Shown: in pieces, positions 38,455 to 51,390 of the stretch
Position numbering within the stretch: position 1 is the stretch's first letter
Layout: the number at the start of each line of letters is the position of its first letter
Assembly: GCA_030265395.1 (NCBI GenBank)
Contig: JARFYF010000094.1
Coordinates: forward strand, 73,500,164-73,564,163
Origin: Rhina ancylostomus
Lineage: Eukaryota
Direction: 5' to 3'
Length of the DNA stretch: 64,000 nucleotides
Made by a program: the position numbers and the translations under genes
Notes under the pieces: generated by a model
The model's input: the letters and a program-made list of their open reading frames with translations, nothing else
Database searches by the model: none
Told to the model about the DNA's origin: nothing

Positions 38455-39845
38455 AAATCCCCTGGTCCAGATGTGATGCATTCCAGTTGCCGAAGGAATT
38501 AAGAATAGTGAATGCAGAGGCTCTGACCATAATCTTCTGAAGAACTATAGGTACAGGGGTGGTGACTTGAGGACTGGTAAATTGTGGCTGTTATACCCTT
38601 GGTTAAAAGTAAAGGGTGACGATAAACCACAGACCTGTCTGTGTAAACTTCCTGGCAAGGCAAGTTCTAGAACCAGCAATCAGGGACAGAATTAGCAACC
38701 ACTCAGCAAGTGTGGATTCATTAGAGAAGGTCACCATTGATTGGTAAGGATGATGTGTTTGATGTGTTCTATCAAGAGATTTTGGAAGGTATTTGATAAG
38801 GTGCCACGTGACAGGCATGATATCAAGATTGAAGGCTGTGAGATAAAAGGAGCTTACAGCCGAATGGATAGAAAGTTGGGAACAGAGGATAGAAGCGAAA
38901 GGTATTTTATTTTTGGAATGGAGAGAAGCATCCAATGAAGGTACCAGGACTACTGCTTTTCTTAATGATTTGGACTTGAGTTTTGGAGTTGACGCAAAAC
39001 GTGGAGGCATAGTGATCTACAAGGATAATAGTAACAGTTTTAAAGGAGATGTACAAGGCTGGTAATATGGGCAGAAATGTGGCAAGTGAGATGTGAAGTG
39101 TTATATTTTGATCACAGTAGTGAGGGGAGGGACTATAAACTATGGAGCTACAGGAACCATCTGGGCATCATGCTTCAGGAAGGATGTGAAGAGGGTGCAG
39201 AAGAGGTTATCAAAATGATTCCAGGGACAAGGGATTTTAGTTGTGAGATAGAATGGAGAAGCTGTTGTTATTCACCTTGAAGGAGAGGTATATAAAATAA
39301 CTAAAAGTATAGACAGTGGAGAAGAGGGACAATATTCTCATTGGAGAAGGGTCTGGGAACTTAGAATGAGCCTAATGAGCAAAATAAACCACAAGAATCA
39401 TGTGAAGTCTTTTTTTTAACATAGTAGGGGCAAATTCAGTTGTAGCATTCAAAAGGCATCTGAATAGATCTCTGAATGGAAATAATACAGGTGATTCCCA
39501 AGTTGTAACAGTTCACATAACAGATTCACCCTTACAGAATTCACAAATCATAACCCAAAAGTTTGAGATACAGAATAAAATTCACTCTCTCGGAACTTAT
39601 GTGGGAGAGAAAAAGTAAATCAATAAACACAAAACCTTTTTCCAACTCTCATTTCTTGACACACGTGCAGATGATGCGGCTTTGCAATACAGATTGTTTT
39701 CTGGGAACGCAACAGTTCCCTCAACCCGATAATGTACAGGGTTGCACAGGGAGGACAAGGGAATAGGGCTAAGTGGATTACTTTTCCATACTGTACTTGA
39801 AGGACAAGTGGCCTCCTTCTATGCTTTAATTGTTCTATAAACTTG
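38455..39845 (+). mobile_element. Decayed CR1 RT and 3' end with a nested MITE
   Basis: cctggtccagatg (PGPD), gaggactgg (EDW), tttgataaggtgccac (FDKVP), cttaatgatttggac. Confidence 0.8.
39486..39736. mobile_element. Tc1/mariner-Tigger-like MITE inserted in the CR1 tail
   Basis: Begins TA-CAGGTGATTCCC and ends gggaacgcaac...tg-TA; the CR1 tail is continuous when it is removed. Confidence 0.55.
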
Positions 39846-39878
39846 TTTATTGGTTGACAATAAAGTATTATGAATTTT

Positions 39879-39897
39879 TGACCACTAGGTGGCAACA
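39879..39897 (+). promoter_or_regulatory. CTCF-like binding motif
   Basis: TGACCACTAGGTGGCAACA matches the CTCF core CCAC/GYAGG/ATGGC. Confidence 0.55.
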
Positions 39898-41424
39898 TGG
39901 GGACAGTTAAAGCAGAAAGAAATAACAGGATTCTTGTATGAAAATAATTCTTTTTTTAAAGGTGCCTCTCTTCCTGTTATATAAACGCCATCCTATAAAA
40001 TTATCTTTGCTGCTCCCATAACATGAATTTAAGTATGCACCCTGCACAGAATTTACTGCAAACAGGAAACTTGTACAAACTGCTGGAAAATCTGCATTTC
40101 AGCCAGGTGTGAGTTTTCCTGGAACCTCAGAACTCTGGAGCAGCTTCCTATTCAGTTTTGAGGAAACGGCACCAGTATTTACATTGAAGCCACTCTGGAG
40201 CATACCTTATAGTTGATGGAATTGGAATGGTGCACACCGAGACCACGATCAAGTACCTCTGTGTGGTGATAAAACAACCATTCTGAAGAGATTAACATTA
40301 ACTTAGCAATTGGATTCTCTTGATACCTTATATACTACCTTGAAAAACTGTCAGAACCACTTCATTCTTTGATTCTAAAAGCATTTTCAACCTAAATGTA
40401 AGAAGGCCTCTTGTCATTGTCATTGCATTTGCCAAATGGCGTTGATAGGTGTGGTATGAGTAAAAGGCCAAAACTACTATTCAACAGTTTCCAGACTTGC
40501 TGTGTGTCATACTTGAGATGATTTAATCAAAAGGCTTGTCACAAATCCTCTTGTATAAGAATCTCATTCTCTAAAATTAAAATGGAACAAAAAGGACTCA
40601 AACTGACCGGACTCTATATTTCTTTAAGCAAGTTTTAAAATAAATTTTGTAGTCTGGGGACAAAATACAAGGTAAGCTTGAAAGTCAAGCAAATATAATA
40701 GATTAAATTCTAATTGTTGGCCATTCTGTAACCACTTTCAGCCACATCATTACTGAGGAAACAAAAAATGTTTTAATGGAGTCCATGTACATTTCCTCTT
40801 TCAACTTCAATTAATCAATGAAATCAGTTCTTTGCATGACCCATTTTTAACCATGCCTTTTATTCACGTTGTAAGAAGCAATTTGCAGTACAATTTAGTT
40901 CCTTATGGTGCATCTAGCAAAATTTTATCAATTATGAGCAGCATTTTGATTAAATTTTCTCAAGTATGACACACAGTAAGTTGAGAAATTTTGGCCCTTG
41001 GACTCGTACCATACATATCAAAGTAGTTTGCTAAATGCATTGACATGAAAAAAGCCTCCTTACAATTAGGCTGAAAGTAAATGCTTTTAGCACCAAATAA
41101 TGAAGTGATTCTGACAGTTACTCAAGGTAGTATACGAAGTGTCAAGAGAATCCAGTTGATCAACCTAATGTTATAGTCACTTCAAAATTGTTGCTTTCAG
41201 TTAAGGCACAATGGTTTTTGCCATTTTGTAACGATGAACATTCAGGAACAATTGCCACAGTGCAAACAAGCAGTAGACCTATCCTAAACAGATCATGAAA
41301 TCCCAGGTTTGATTCCTTGCCGAGTTCATAGATTTATGCCTGCTACAATTGTCCTGCAATCCAGACTTCAGTCTCAAATAGCTCACAGTCAACCTCCCTC
41401 TCAATCATTGCATTCTACATAAAA

Positions 41425-42710
41425 GCATATGAAATGGGACCAGGAGTCAACTATTTGACCCTTCAAGCTTGTTCTGCATTCATCAAGATGATGGCTGATT
41501 TTCTGCCTTAGCACAATTTTCCTATACTATCCCCATTCACCTTGATTCCTTTAGTTTCCAGAAATCTATTGATCTTGGTTTTGAATGAACTCAGTGACTG
41601 AAACTGCACTGCCCTCTGTGGCAGAGAATTCCAGATATTCACTACTCTCTACAAGAAGCTTCCTCTTCTATCAATCTTAAATGGCCAACCCCTCAGCCTG
41701 GAGGAAAATCCTCCTGTATCCAGCCTGTCGAGTTTCAAAGACATCTCTGTTCGTTCTACTCAATAGACCCAGGCTACTCATTTCCTCCTCATGTGGCAAA
41801 TCTCTGATCCCAGCATCCCAAGTCTGGTGAAAACTTTTCTGCACTCCCTCTATGATAGATATATCCTGTTTCAGGTGAGGAAGCCAAAATTATACATAAA
41901 ACTGCAGGCTCAGTCTCACAAAATCCCCACATATTTGTAGTAAGACATCTTTACGCCTACATTCAGATTCTCTCATAATAAAAGCTAAAATAAAATTTGC
42001 CTTCCTAATTGCTTGCTTCACCTGCACGTCAGCTTTCAATGACTGTTGTACAAGAACTCCAGGTCTCTTTACACAACATCATTATCCGGTTCCTCACCAT
42101 TTAAAAGAAAATAATTTGATGCACAAAACAGAATAGCAAAGTGGATAATTTCAACATTTTTATAATTATATTGAGTCTGTTATGTTCATTCCCACTCAGC
42201 TTCTCTGTGTCGTCCTCCATAATCACAATCCTATCTTGTTTTGTGTCATCAGCCAACTTAGAAATGTAGCATTTGGTTCCCTCGGCCAAATCATTGATAT
42301 AGATCATGAATAGTCATAGCACCAATCTCTGCAGCACCCCACTAATCACAATCTGACAACCTGAGAGACATTTGTTTATTCACGCTCTACTTTCTGTCTG
42401 AAAACCAATTCTCAATCCATGCCAGTGTATTATCCCAACTCTATGAGTTGACCAACCCTCTTGACCGAACACTGTGTGGGATCAAAAACCTTATTAAAAT
42501 CTAAATATACCTCATTCACTGATTACCCCTCATATGTTCTACTAGTCACGTCCTCAAAAAACCATTAGATAAATCAAAAATGATTTCCTTTCACAATTCC
42601 ATGCTGACTCTGCAAAATCCCATTATTCTTTTCAAGGCATTCAATTATACAGCCTTTATTATAGGCTTCAGCATGTTCCTTATATTTAGACTACCAGAAT
42701 GGCAGTTGTC
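41425..42710 (-). mobile_element. Decayed CR1 RT and 3' end
   Basis: Minus ORF IYINDLAEGTKCYISKLADDTK; antisense tail near 41430. Confidence 0.88.
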
Positions 42711-43399
42711 TCCTCTAAAATCATAATGCTAGCTTTTTGCAGAACAGAGTCATTGCTTAAGGCCTTGTTGAAAGAAGGAAATAAGGAAATCTGGTGTAAA
42801 AATTGAGCAATATTATCTAGTAACAAGTTCCCTTCACACAAAGACTTAATCTTTTTTCATTTGCATCCCATTACATTGCTCTGTAAACATTCGTTTAGAT
42901 CTATAATCACAAACATGAGAGATTTCTGTCCATGGAATCAGAGGTCAGGGATCTGCATTTCCTTTCTCTAGTATACTTAGTTCATTTTGATCATCCTTCA
43001 AGAAGTTTATGAATGCGGTCTATGTAACACTCCTGCATTGTGATATGACAAACTTCCATTTGTAGAAAGGGGCATTTTTACTTTCCAAACAAGTCACCAC
43101 CTGGTGTGGAATTGGCACTTCCAGAATAACCATTTTGTGGCACTGTAGGAGGACTGCAAAAGGGCAACTTTATCCCATGGCTGGTACCACAACTTGTTCA
43201 AATGAGAAGAGCAAAACTCATTTATGATTCTTATAATTGGAGCAGAAAAGAGCCATTGTTATAACTCAGTTTCCAACTATGACATCATGGACAATGATTA
43301 ATACTTCCTTGCTGGTCTCCATAAATTCAGCAAATATTTTAGAAATCTGAAATTAAGTAAAGATTATGTAGGGTTCCACTTGTATCCAGTATTATGGGG

Positions 43400-43620
43400 A
43401 AAAAAAAAACAAACTGCTAGAGGAACTCTGTGGATTGGCAGCATCTGTGGGAGGAAGGAATTGTTGCGTTTCGGGTCGAGACTCTTGACAGTCCTGTTGC
43501 AGGGTGTCGACCCAAAATGTCAAAATTCCTTTCTCCCCCACAGCTGCTCAACTGAGTTCCTCCATCAGTTTGTTCTTTTTTTCCACCCAGATTCCTACAT
43601 CTGCTGTCTCTTGTATCTCT
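43400..43620. mobile_element. Penelope-derived palindromic element
   Basis: Arms aacaaactgctagaggaactc...ctgtgggaggaaggaatt and aattcctttctcccccacag...gagttcctccatcagtttgtt; centre tttcgggtcgagac...agggtgtcgacccaaaa. Confidence 0.75.
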
Positions 43621-45984
43621 AGTGGTCTTATTTCCTCCTAGTTACAAGACAATGACATTAATCTCCTTTCCACAACATGAGCATATAACCTCAAGCACTT
43701 TATTTCAAAACTGAGGGAATGTTATAAGTCAAGTGAGGCTCTAGGCATAGGTTCAAATGTAGATAAGGTATATCCTGAGGCTGGCTTTCAATGAGCAGGG
43801 ACTGTTCCTTATATCCTGTTCAAAAGACACTGATTAGATGTTAGTACTATCAAGGCAGTATTTCTTTTAAAAAAATGTATTTACACAGGTTGCACTTGTC
43901 CCAAAATAATGTAGGAGGAATGGCAATAATAAAACTGAAGGGCTCTATAGAACTGGAAAGTATTACATCCTGGTTTACAAAAGTTGTAAAGGATTATCTC
44001 AGAAATTAGAGGCTTATTAGTGTGAAGAAATAATAGTGTGTAATGGGAAGGAAATAGCTGAACATAGGTCTGTTCCAATTTTTGAAGGGCATTTGATTTG
44101 GTGCCAATAAAGAATTACCCAAATGATAGGGTTAGAGAGATATGCTACTGCTGTGTCCCTGTTATCTGCATGAGTATCAATTCCATTTAAATGGTTTTGG
44201 CACCAGTAAAAGAGGAATGATATTTAAGTTTGTCAATTCAACAACTGAATGAGTCCTTAAGCAGAATAGTGTTGTGGAACTACATATACAGCCTTATGCA
44301 GAATATATGTAGATTTTGAGGAATATGTAATCCCACATTATTATAAAACCACTATTTTAGTCTCTTCAGTGGAAGTAGTATATACAGCTTTATGCAGAAA
44401 ATATGTTNNNNNNNNNNNNNNNNNNNNNNNNNNNNNNNNNNNNNNTCTTAAAAATGGAAGAACAGATCCTACAGTTCAGATCATTAAGGTAAGAGATCCA
44501 ACAAAAACAAATATAATAAATAATATGGAATTGTTTCTTATTCAAGAATATTAAAGTATTGTGGATGTACCTCAAGATCCCTCTGTTCATCAAGACACCC
44601 TAGGACCCTACATTGTACTGTGTTTTGACACTTATTTACCCTCTCAAAGTACATCACATCACACTCATCAGGATTAAATTCCTTTTGCCCCATTCACCCA
44701 ACTTCCCTGCTGATCTACATCATGCTTTACCCTTACCTTGTTCAGCATCTGTGACACTGCCGATTTTCATATCATCTGCAGACTTACTGATCATGCCTCC
44801 AAACTATATAATTGAGATTCTCAAAATAACAGCAGGTTCAGCAAGTTTTGAAGACTGGTTAGCAATAGGTAAAAGGCTCAGGATTAGAAAAATGAAGAAG
44901 GAAGTCTTAATTTCTTTCCTCATGCACATTTATTACAATGCATTCTGAAGCTCAGGAAAAAGTCTGCCCCCTATTGGCATTCAATTACCAATCTTTCTTG
45001 CATGAGGCAAAAATCCATTATCATATTCCATTGAATCACTTGTATATTGATTTTTGAACTCTGACTGTATTGTGGATGTTTGTAAATTTTCTTATAAATT
45101 TTACAATCAGAATAGGGAAGTTAAGATTTGACAGGATTTCATCATGTTTTCCTGATATGGTCCAGCCCCACCACCAAAGCAACAAATCTGATTGTTGGTC
45201 TAGATTTGTGTTGCATTTCAGTAAATTATCAGGGTGGGCTCTGTATTGTGTTACCATTTGTATTTGTTGTATTTGTTTCATTTTAAAAAGGCTTGTCGAA
45301 TGTGCTGCTGATCTGGCATAGAAAACTAAATTTTAGTCTCTTCAATGGAAGTTAGTTTCTTTCTCTACTGAGCAAGAAAATGATCATGGACATAATTGAA
45401 GGCCTACTGCAATGAATTGCAGTAAGTGAAGTTCGAAGTGATGGGGACATTTTACCAGAAGTAATGGAGTTTAAAATGGGAGTGATAGCAAGAGCCTTAC
45501 TGGAATGGTTCCAACTTAATCCAATATACCCAAAATTATCATTGCACGAGTCAAACTTGTCAAAGGCATTTTGTGAACCTTCACAGGCACATTACATTTA
45601 TTTTTAAAACGAGTAAGTGATTAATGACCATCATCTTTCAAGCAACATTAAATTAAATGTAGCCCAAAGGTTCAGCACTCAGTGGTACATGCTTCAATGC
45701 AATGAAGACTAGTTAATGACAGGAGAACTATTGGTCAGGCAGGATGAATCATTTCATGAATGGGCTTGGTCTTGACACTTCTTATTTGCTAGAAGATGGA
45801 AGGTATGCCAAGTGGAAATGCAAAACAAGTCAAGCTCTATTTATTTATGCTCTGCTTTTACTAATGCTGTCAATTTGATGAAGAGGTGACCCACAGAACC
45901 ATGGTTTAGTTGACAGAATGTCACAAGGCATGCAGCACATGCTCTAGGACAATTACACTGGACAAAGGAAGATCTTTATTTATA

Positions 45985-46875
45985 GAATCATAAAAAAAGT
46001 TTGACTTAAGGGGCAGCTATTCAGCCTCTTTGTCTACGCTGGTTGAAAAAGAGCTTCCCAGTCTAATCCCACCTTCGGCCTTGCAGATCATGGCTCTTCT
46101 ACTGTATATCCTCATGCTTTTGAATGCGGTGAGGGTTTTCTGCCTCCATTATCTTTTCACACGGTGAATTCCAGACCCCCCATCAACCACTGGATGAGCT
46201 TTTTCCTCCATATCTTCCCTTGAATCCTTCTACCAATTACGTTAATTGCATGTCTTCTGTTGACCCATCTGTTAATGAAACAGATCCTTCCTATTTACTT
46301 TGAATTGGCCTCTTATNNNNNNNNNNNNNNNNNNNNNNNNNNNNNNNNNNNNNNNNNNNNNNNNNNNNNNNNNNNNNNNNNNNNNNNNNNNNNNNNNNNN
46401 NNNNNNNNNNNNNNNNATAGCTGAGTCTCTCCTCAACCTCCTCAGTTCTAAAGGAGAAAACCTCAGCCTATTCAGTCTTTCCTCATAGTTACACTTATAC
46501 ATTCATGCCAAAGTTCTCATAAATATCTGCATTCTCTTCATTGCAATCTCTTTTGTTGCAGTGATTAGAGCTGCATGTCGTAGTCACACTGTGGTTTTAA
46601 CTAGCATAAACTTCCTGTTCTCATATTCTGTACTTCAGTTAATAAGGTTCAGCATCCAATATGGCTTTTACCCATCATATGAACCTGTCCTACTATATGT
46701 ATAAGGATTTGTGGACATAAGTGCTCTGGCCTTGTTTCCCTTCACACCTCTTGGTATCCTCCCATTTATTGTGCATCTCTGTGTTTTCCTGAACTTGTCC
46801 AAATGCATTACTTTTATGGATTGAATTTCATTTGCTGTTTTTCTGCTCAACTGACCAGGCCATCTACATGATACT
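45985..46875 (-). mobile_element. CR1 3' part
   Basis: Minus ORF YEERLNRLRFSPLELRRLRRD; antisense tail tagaatcata. Confidence 0.82.
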
Positions 46876-46884
46876 CAGTATCCC

Positions 46885-49220
46885 GAGGTATAGAATTTTC
46901 AGGTGAGACATGTAGAAGAGAAGGTGGCATTGCATCTTAGTCAAGGAATGCATTATTTCAGTATTGAGCGAGGATATCCTAGAATGCTCCCTAAATGAGC
47001 CTTATGGGTAGAGATTAAGAACAAAAAGGATGTTGTCACTTTCCTGGGGGTGTATTCCAAAGCACCTAACAGCAGGAGATAAAAGAACAAATACAACAAA
47101 GGAACTTCAGGCAACTAACAAAGAGATGCAATAAAAATAGGGTAAAAGTAAACAGGGGATTATGATTTCCTAAATTTTAACTGGGATTTCCTTGGTGTTA
47201 AAGGCTTGGGGTGTGTGCAGGGGGTATATTTGAGATGTATCCAGAGTAGCTTTTTGACACAGTATGTAGATAGACCAATGAAGGAATGAGCATTACGGAC
47301 CTTGTCTTGGAGAATATAGCTGGTCAACTGGAGGGAGTGTCGGCCAGGAAGTATTTTGGAGATAGTGACCATAACTCCATATATTTCACAATGGTTATGG
47401 AAAGAGAAAGGGACAGTCCAAGAATAAGGGAGTTAAATTTGGTGAGGGGGAGGCCAGTTTCATTAAAATAAGACAGAATCTGGCAAAAGTAGACTGGAAG
47501 CATTGACTTGCATGTAATTAACTCTGCACAGTGGGAAACATTTAAAGGAGAAGCATTGAGAGTTCAGGGCCAATGTGCTCCTGTAAGAGTGACAGCCAAG
47601 ACCAACAAGTGTAAGGAACCCTGGATATTGAGGGCTAGCGAAGGTTGGATAATGAGTAAAGAGAAAGCATATAGCTGGTATAGAGATCTAAGTCAGGAAG
47701 CCCATCAAGAGTATAAAAAGTCTGGGGTGACGCTAAAAAAGAAAATTAGGAAGGCAAAGAAGGGTCATGAAATATCACTGGCAGTCAGGATTAAGGTAAA
47801 TCCAAAGGCATTTTATAAGAATGTTAAGGACAAAAGAATGACCAGGGAAAGAATAGGACCCATTAGGAACAATGAGGGCAATCTGGTGGAACCAGAGGTA
47901 TAGACAAGGTCTTTTCATCGGTATTCACAAGGGAATTGGACTTTATAGTTGGAGAACTCGGTGAAGGGGAAGACAAAATTCTAGTGTAAGTCACTGTAAA
48001 TGAAGAAGGCCTTTGACAAGGCCCCACATGGAAGACTTACCTTGGTCCATGGGACCCAGAGCAATTTGGCAAATTAAATCCAAAATTTGCTTGGCAATAA
48101 GAAATTATAATGATAGAGGGCTGTTTTTGTGATTGGATGCCTGTGACTAATGGTGTTCCACTAGGGTTGGTGTTGGGATCCTTGCTGTTTGAAATATATA
48201 TGAATGATTTGGATGCAGGTGTAGGAGGCATGATCAGTAAGTTTGCAGATGACAGAAAGATTGGTGGCGTTGTTGACACTGTTGGAGAATAGACTTGGGC
48301 TACAGGATGAAGTCAATGTGTTGGTGAAATGGCTGATGGTGTTTAATCCTGAGAAACATGAGGTGATGCATTTTCGGAGTATGAGGGTAGGACATAAAGC
48401 ATGAATGGTGGGGTCCTAGGGAATATCAAAGAACAAAGCAACCATGGCATCTAAGTCCAAACATCCTTGAAGGTAGCAGCACAGATAGATAACGTGGTTA
48501 AGAAGGCATGTGGGTTACCAGCCTTTATCAGCTGGGCCACTGAATACAAGAAGAGCAAGGTTATGCTCCAACTTTATAAAACATCAGTCAGCCCTCAGCT
48601 GGAGAACTGTGTTCAGTTTTGATCACCGCACACAGGTGCAAGATGTGACAGTGCTGGAGAGAGTGCAGAGCAGTTTCACCAGGATATTGATGAGATGAAG
48701 TGTTTCAGTTATGAGCAGAGACCGGAGAGGCTAGGTCTACATTCTCAGGAGAGGAGGAGGTTAAGAGAGGACATGATTGAGGTATTTAAAATTATAAGGG
48801 TAGAGGGCTGTTTTTGTATTTGGATGCCTGTGACTAGTGATGTCCCACCAGGGTTGGTGCTGGGATCCTTGATGTTTGTAAGGAAGAATAGACTGCAAGA
48901 AGTGTTTCCCTTTATCAGAGATGAATAAACCTAGAGGACACAGATTTGGGGTAAGGGGTTAGAGATTTAGAAAGGATCTGAGGGGCACCTATTTCATCCA
49001 GAACATGGTGAGTACCTTCAATGCACTGCCTGAGAGAGTGGTGGAAGAAGAGTCACTAAAAGAATTTAATAAATGTCCAGATGACAACTTAAATCACCTA
49101 GGCATGGAAGACTACAGGACAAGTTCCAGAAGATGGGATTAATACAGATGGGTGCCCACTGGTCCGTGTGAATTTGGTGAACCAAATGGCCTGTTTCCAT
49201 GTTCTATAACTCGATGATTG
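46885..49220 (+). mobile_element. Long CR1 ORF2 remnant (endonuclease, tether, RT, 3' end) with a deletion near 48010
   Basis: DLVL...FGDSDHNSIYF; IKVNPKAFYK; LGSLLFEIYMNDLD...SKFADD; tail ggcctgtttccatgttctataactc. Confidence 0.92.
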
Positions 49221-49319
49221 TTATAGTATACAAGTATAACTCTATACTTGTAGTCTAAGGCCAAATGGTCAGTTTTTGTGTCATCTACTATCTTTTATCA
49301 CATTTTCTACCGGCAAGTC

Positions 49320-49635
49320 TAAATCAATAACAAAAATTGGGAAAAGGGAAGCTGTACTGAACCCTGTTTAACCCCACTGATGATATCCTTCTAGCTACAA
49401 AAATCCTCATTAATGATTACCCTTTGCTACTAGTCCCTGACCAGTTTTGGATCCAATTTGTTACCCTCCCATGGATCCCTTTGGCTTTCATTTTTTTTTG
49501 ACCAACTTGCAATGTGGAACTTTGCCAGTGTTTTGCTAATAATCTATGAAGACAACATTGTGTGCACGGATCTTACTTGATACCTCTTCAAAAAAAATTC
49601 AACCATATTAGGCAGACAGGGCCTTCCCTCAACAA
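49320..49635 (-). mobile_element. CR1 RT fragment
   Basis: Antisense ccagttttggatccaatttg, ttgcaatgtggaacttt, tacctcttcaaaaaaaattcaa. Confidence 0.7.
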
Positions 49636-49644
49636 ATAAAATCA

Positions 49645-49900
49645 AAAAAATACTGCAGGGGCTGGAAATGTGAAATAAAAACAAAATGCTAGAAAAACTC
49701 AGCAGGTCAGGCAGCATCTGTGGGGAAAAAAAAACAGAATTAATGTTTCAGGATGAAGACCCTTCAGAACTGAGAAAGAGAGAAAGCAAGTTAATTTAGG
49801 TGGCAGGGAAGGTGGAGAAGGGCAGTGAGTGGGACATAGGGGAAATCTGTAATAGGGTGAAATGAGGTAGCCATTGAATGGACAGTTCAGCTCCTTTGTG
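49645..49900 (-). mobile_element. Penelope-like 3' terminal repeat
   Basis: aaatgctagaaaaactcagcaggtcaggcagcatctgtgg...gtttcagg...cccttcagaactg, the same motif as 25285-25415. Confidence 0.7.
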
Positions 49901-50109
49901 TAATGTGCTGCTCATGTGAAGTCTGGGTGATGTTGTAACCCTCTTGTAGATGGTATTAGTTGCTATATTTGGTAACATGCTGACCATAAAAAAAACAGTA
50001 AAAGCTCTGAAAGTTGTATAAATGTCTACCTGACCATCAGGATATGCAGCTTGCTATGGCGTGTGAAGTTAGATGAATGAAAATGATCATGATACCATCT
50101 CGTATTTTC

Positions 50110-51170
50110 TTTGTTCTTCATTGCTGAGGACTTTGTGGATAACATGTTTTGTGGTGGTGGTCACATCGTATTTTAAGAACGTGCAGAAAGAGAGGGAATG
50201 GGTGACTGTCAGACACACTAGGAAGAACAGGCAGGTCCCTTGAGTCCATCTTGCTCATTGACAGATTTTCCTCTCTGAATACTGGTGAGGGTGATGGTTT
50301 TTCAGAGGAGTGTAGCTGTAGCTGGGAGCAGAGAAGTGGCTTAGTTGCAGAGGAAGAGGAGTGGAAGAGCAATTGATGTTCCCTCAAGATGGTGTGTGTC
50401 TTATCTAGTGCCAGGGTCTAGGTCATACTGAAGGTGGAGGGTGAAGAGCCAAAAGCTGTGATTTTCTTCTACAGTGAGGTAGAAGGAGAGATGAGGTCCT
50501 GCAGACAGATTTTAAGGAGGTAGGAAAGGTGGGGAAAAAAATCAGGATCTTGAAGGAAGTGCAGAATTACTCCTGGTGCCATGTGTGCTAACAAGTGCAA
50601 AGATAGGAGGATAGAACAAATAAATGTGTGGCTGGGGAGATGGTTCAGGAAAGTGACAGTGGTAGATACTGAATCTGGAACAGATGGGACCTGTACAAAT
50701 TGAATGGTTACACCTCAATGGAACCAGGACAGTTAGCCTTGCAGGGCAGTTTGCTGGTCCATTTAAGGGATAAGGGGGTTGGGTGTATCAAATTAATATT
50801 AACAATGTAAGGGATATATTCCTGGAATGTATACAATAACACACACTGGATCAGAATGTTGAGGAACAGACTAGGGAACAGACTATTTAAGATCTAGTGC
50901 TGTGCGAAGCAGAGTGGTTAATTATTATGTGGTAAAGGGGCCCTGAGTGACATTATACTTTAGAATTTTACATGAAGTTTGGAAATAATGTAGTTCAAAC
51001 TGAAACTAAACAGAGGAAACCATGAAAGTGTGAGGGACAGGTTACAGTGATGAATTGGAAGCCACATTAATGGTTGTCACAGTGCAACAAATATAAATTC
51101 TTTTAAGTACGAATATACAACCAGAAATGTAGTGCAACCCTGGATCAGAGGAGAAGTTAAAGATGCAGGC
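50110..51170 (+). mobile_element. Decayed CR1 5' region (ORF1 esterase-like plus endonuclease start)
   Basis: WVTVR, RFSSLNTGEGD, ILKVEGEEP, DLYK..LHLN motifs. Confidence 0.7.
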
Positions 51171-51189
51171 AGACCCGGGTCATGATAAT

Positions 51190-51390
51190 TTTCTTTGATC
51201 CACTTTGATCATTTTGCACTAAAACGGACTTTGTTTTTTTTGTTCTAATTGTGTTCTTATTTGTTTAATTCATGTTGTTTCTTGTGAATGCTGCTTATAT
51301 GATGCTATGTGCCTGTGATGCTGCTGCAAGTCAGTTTTTCATTGCACATGTGATTACATGTACTTGTGCATATGACAATAAACTCGATGC
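51190..51390 (+). mobile_element. Non-LTR 3' UTR and tail fragment
   Basis: T-rich UTR ending ctgctgcaag...tttttcattgcac...catatgacaataaac. Confidence 0.55.

Noticed and set aside
47508-47903. 131 aa ORF as a host gene or intact LINE
   Set aside because: It is the CR1 ORF2 tether region, surrounded by stops, frameshifts and a deletion.
45985-49220. Back-to-back minus and plus CR1 as a twin-priming inversion
   Set aside because: Both parts carry their own 3' tails and overlap in consensus coverage, so they are two independent insertions.
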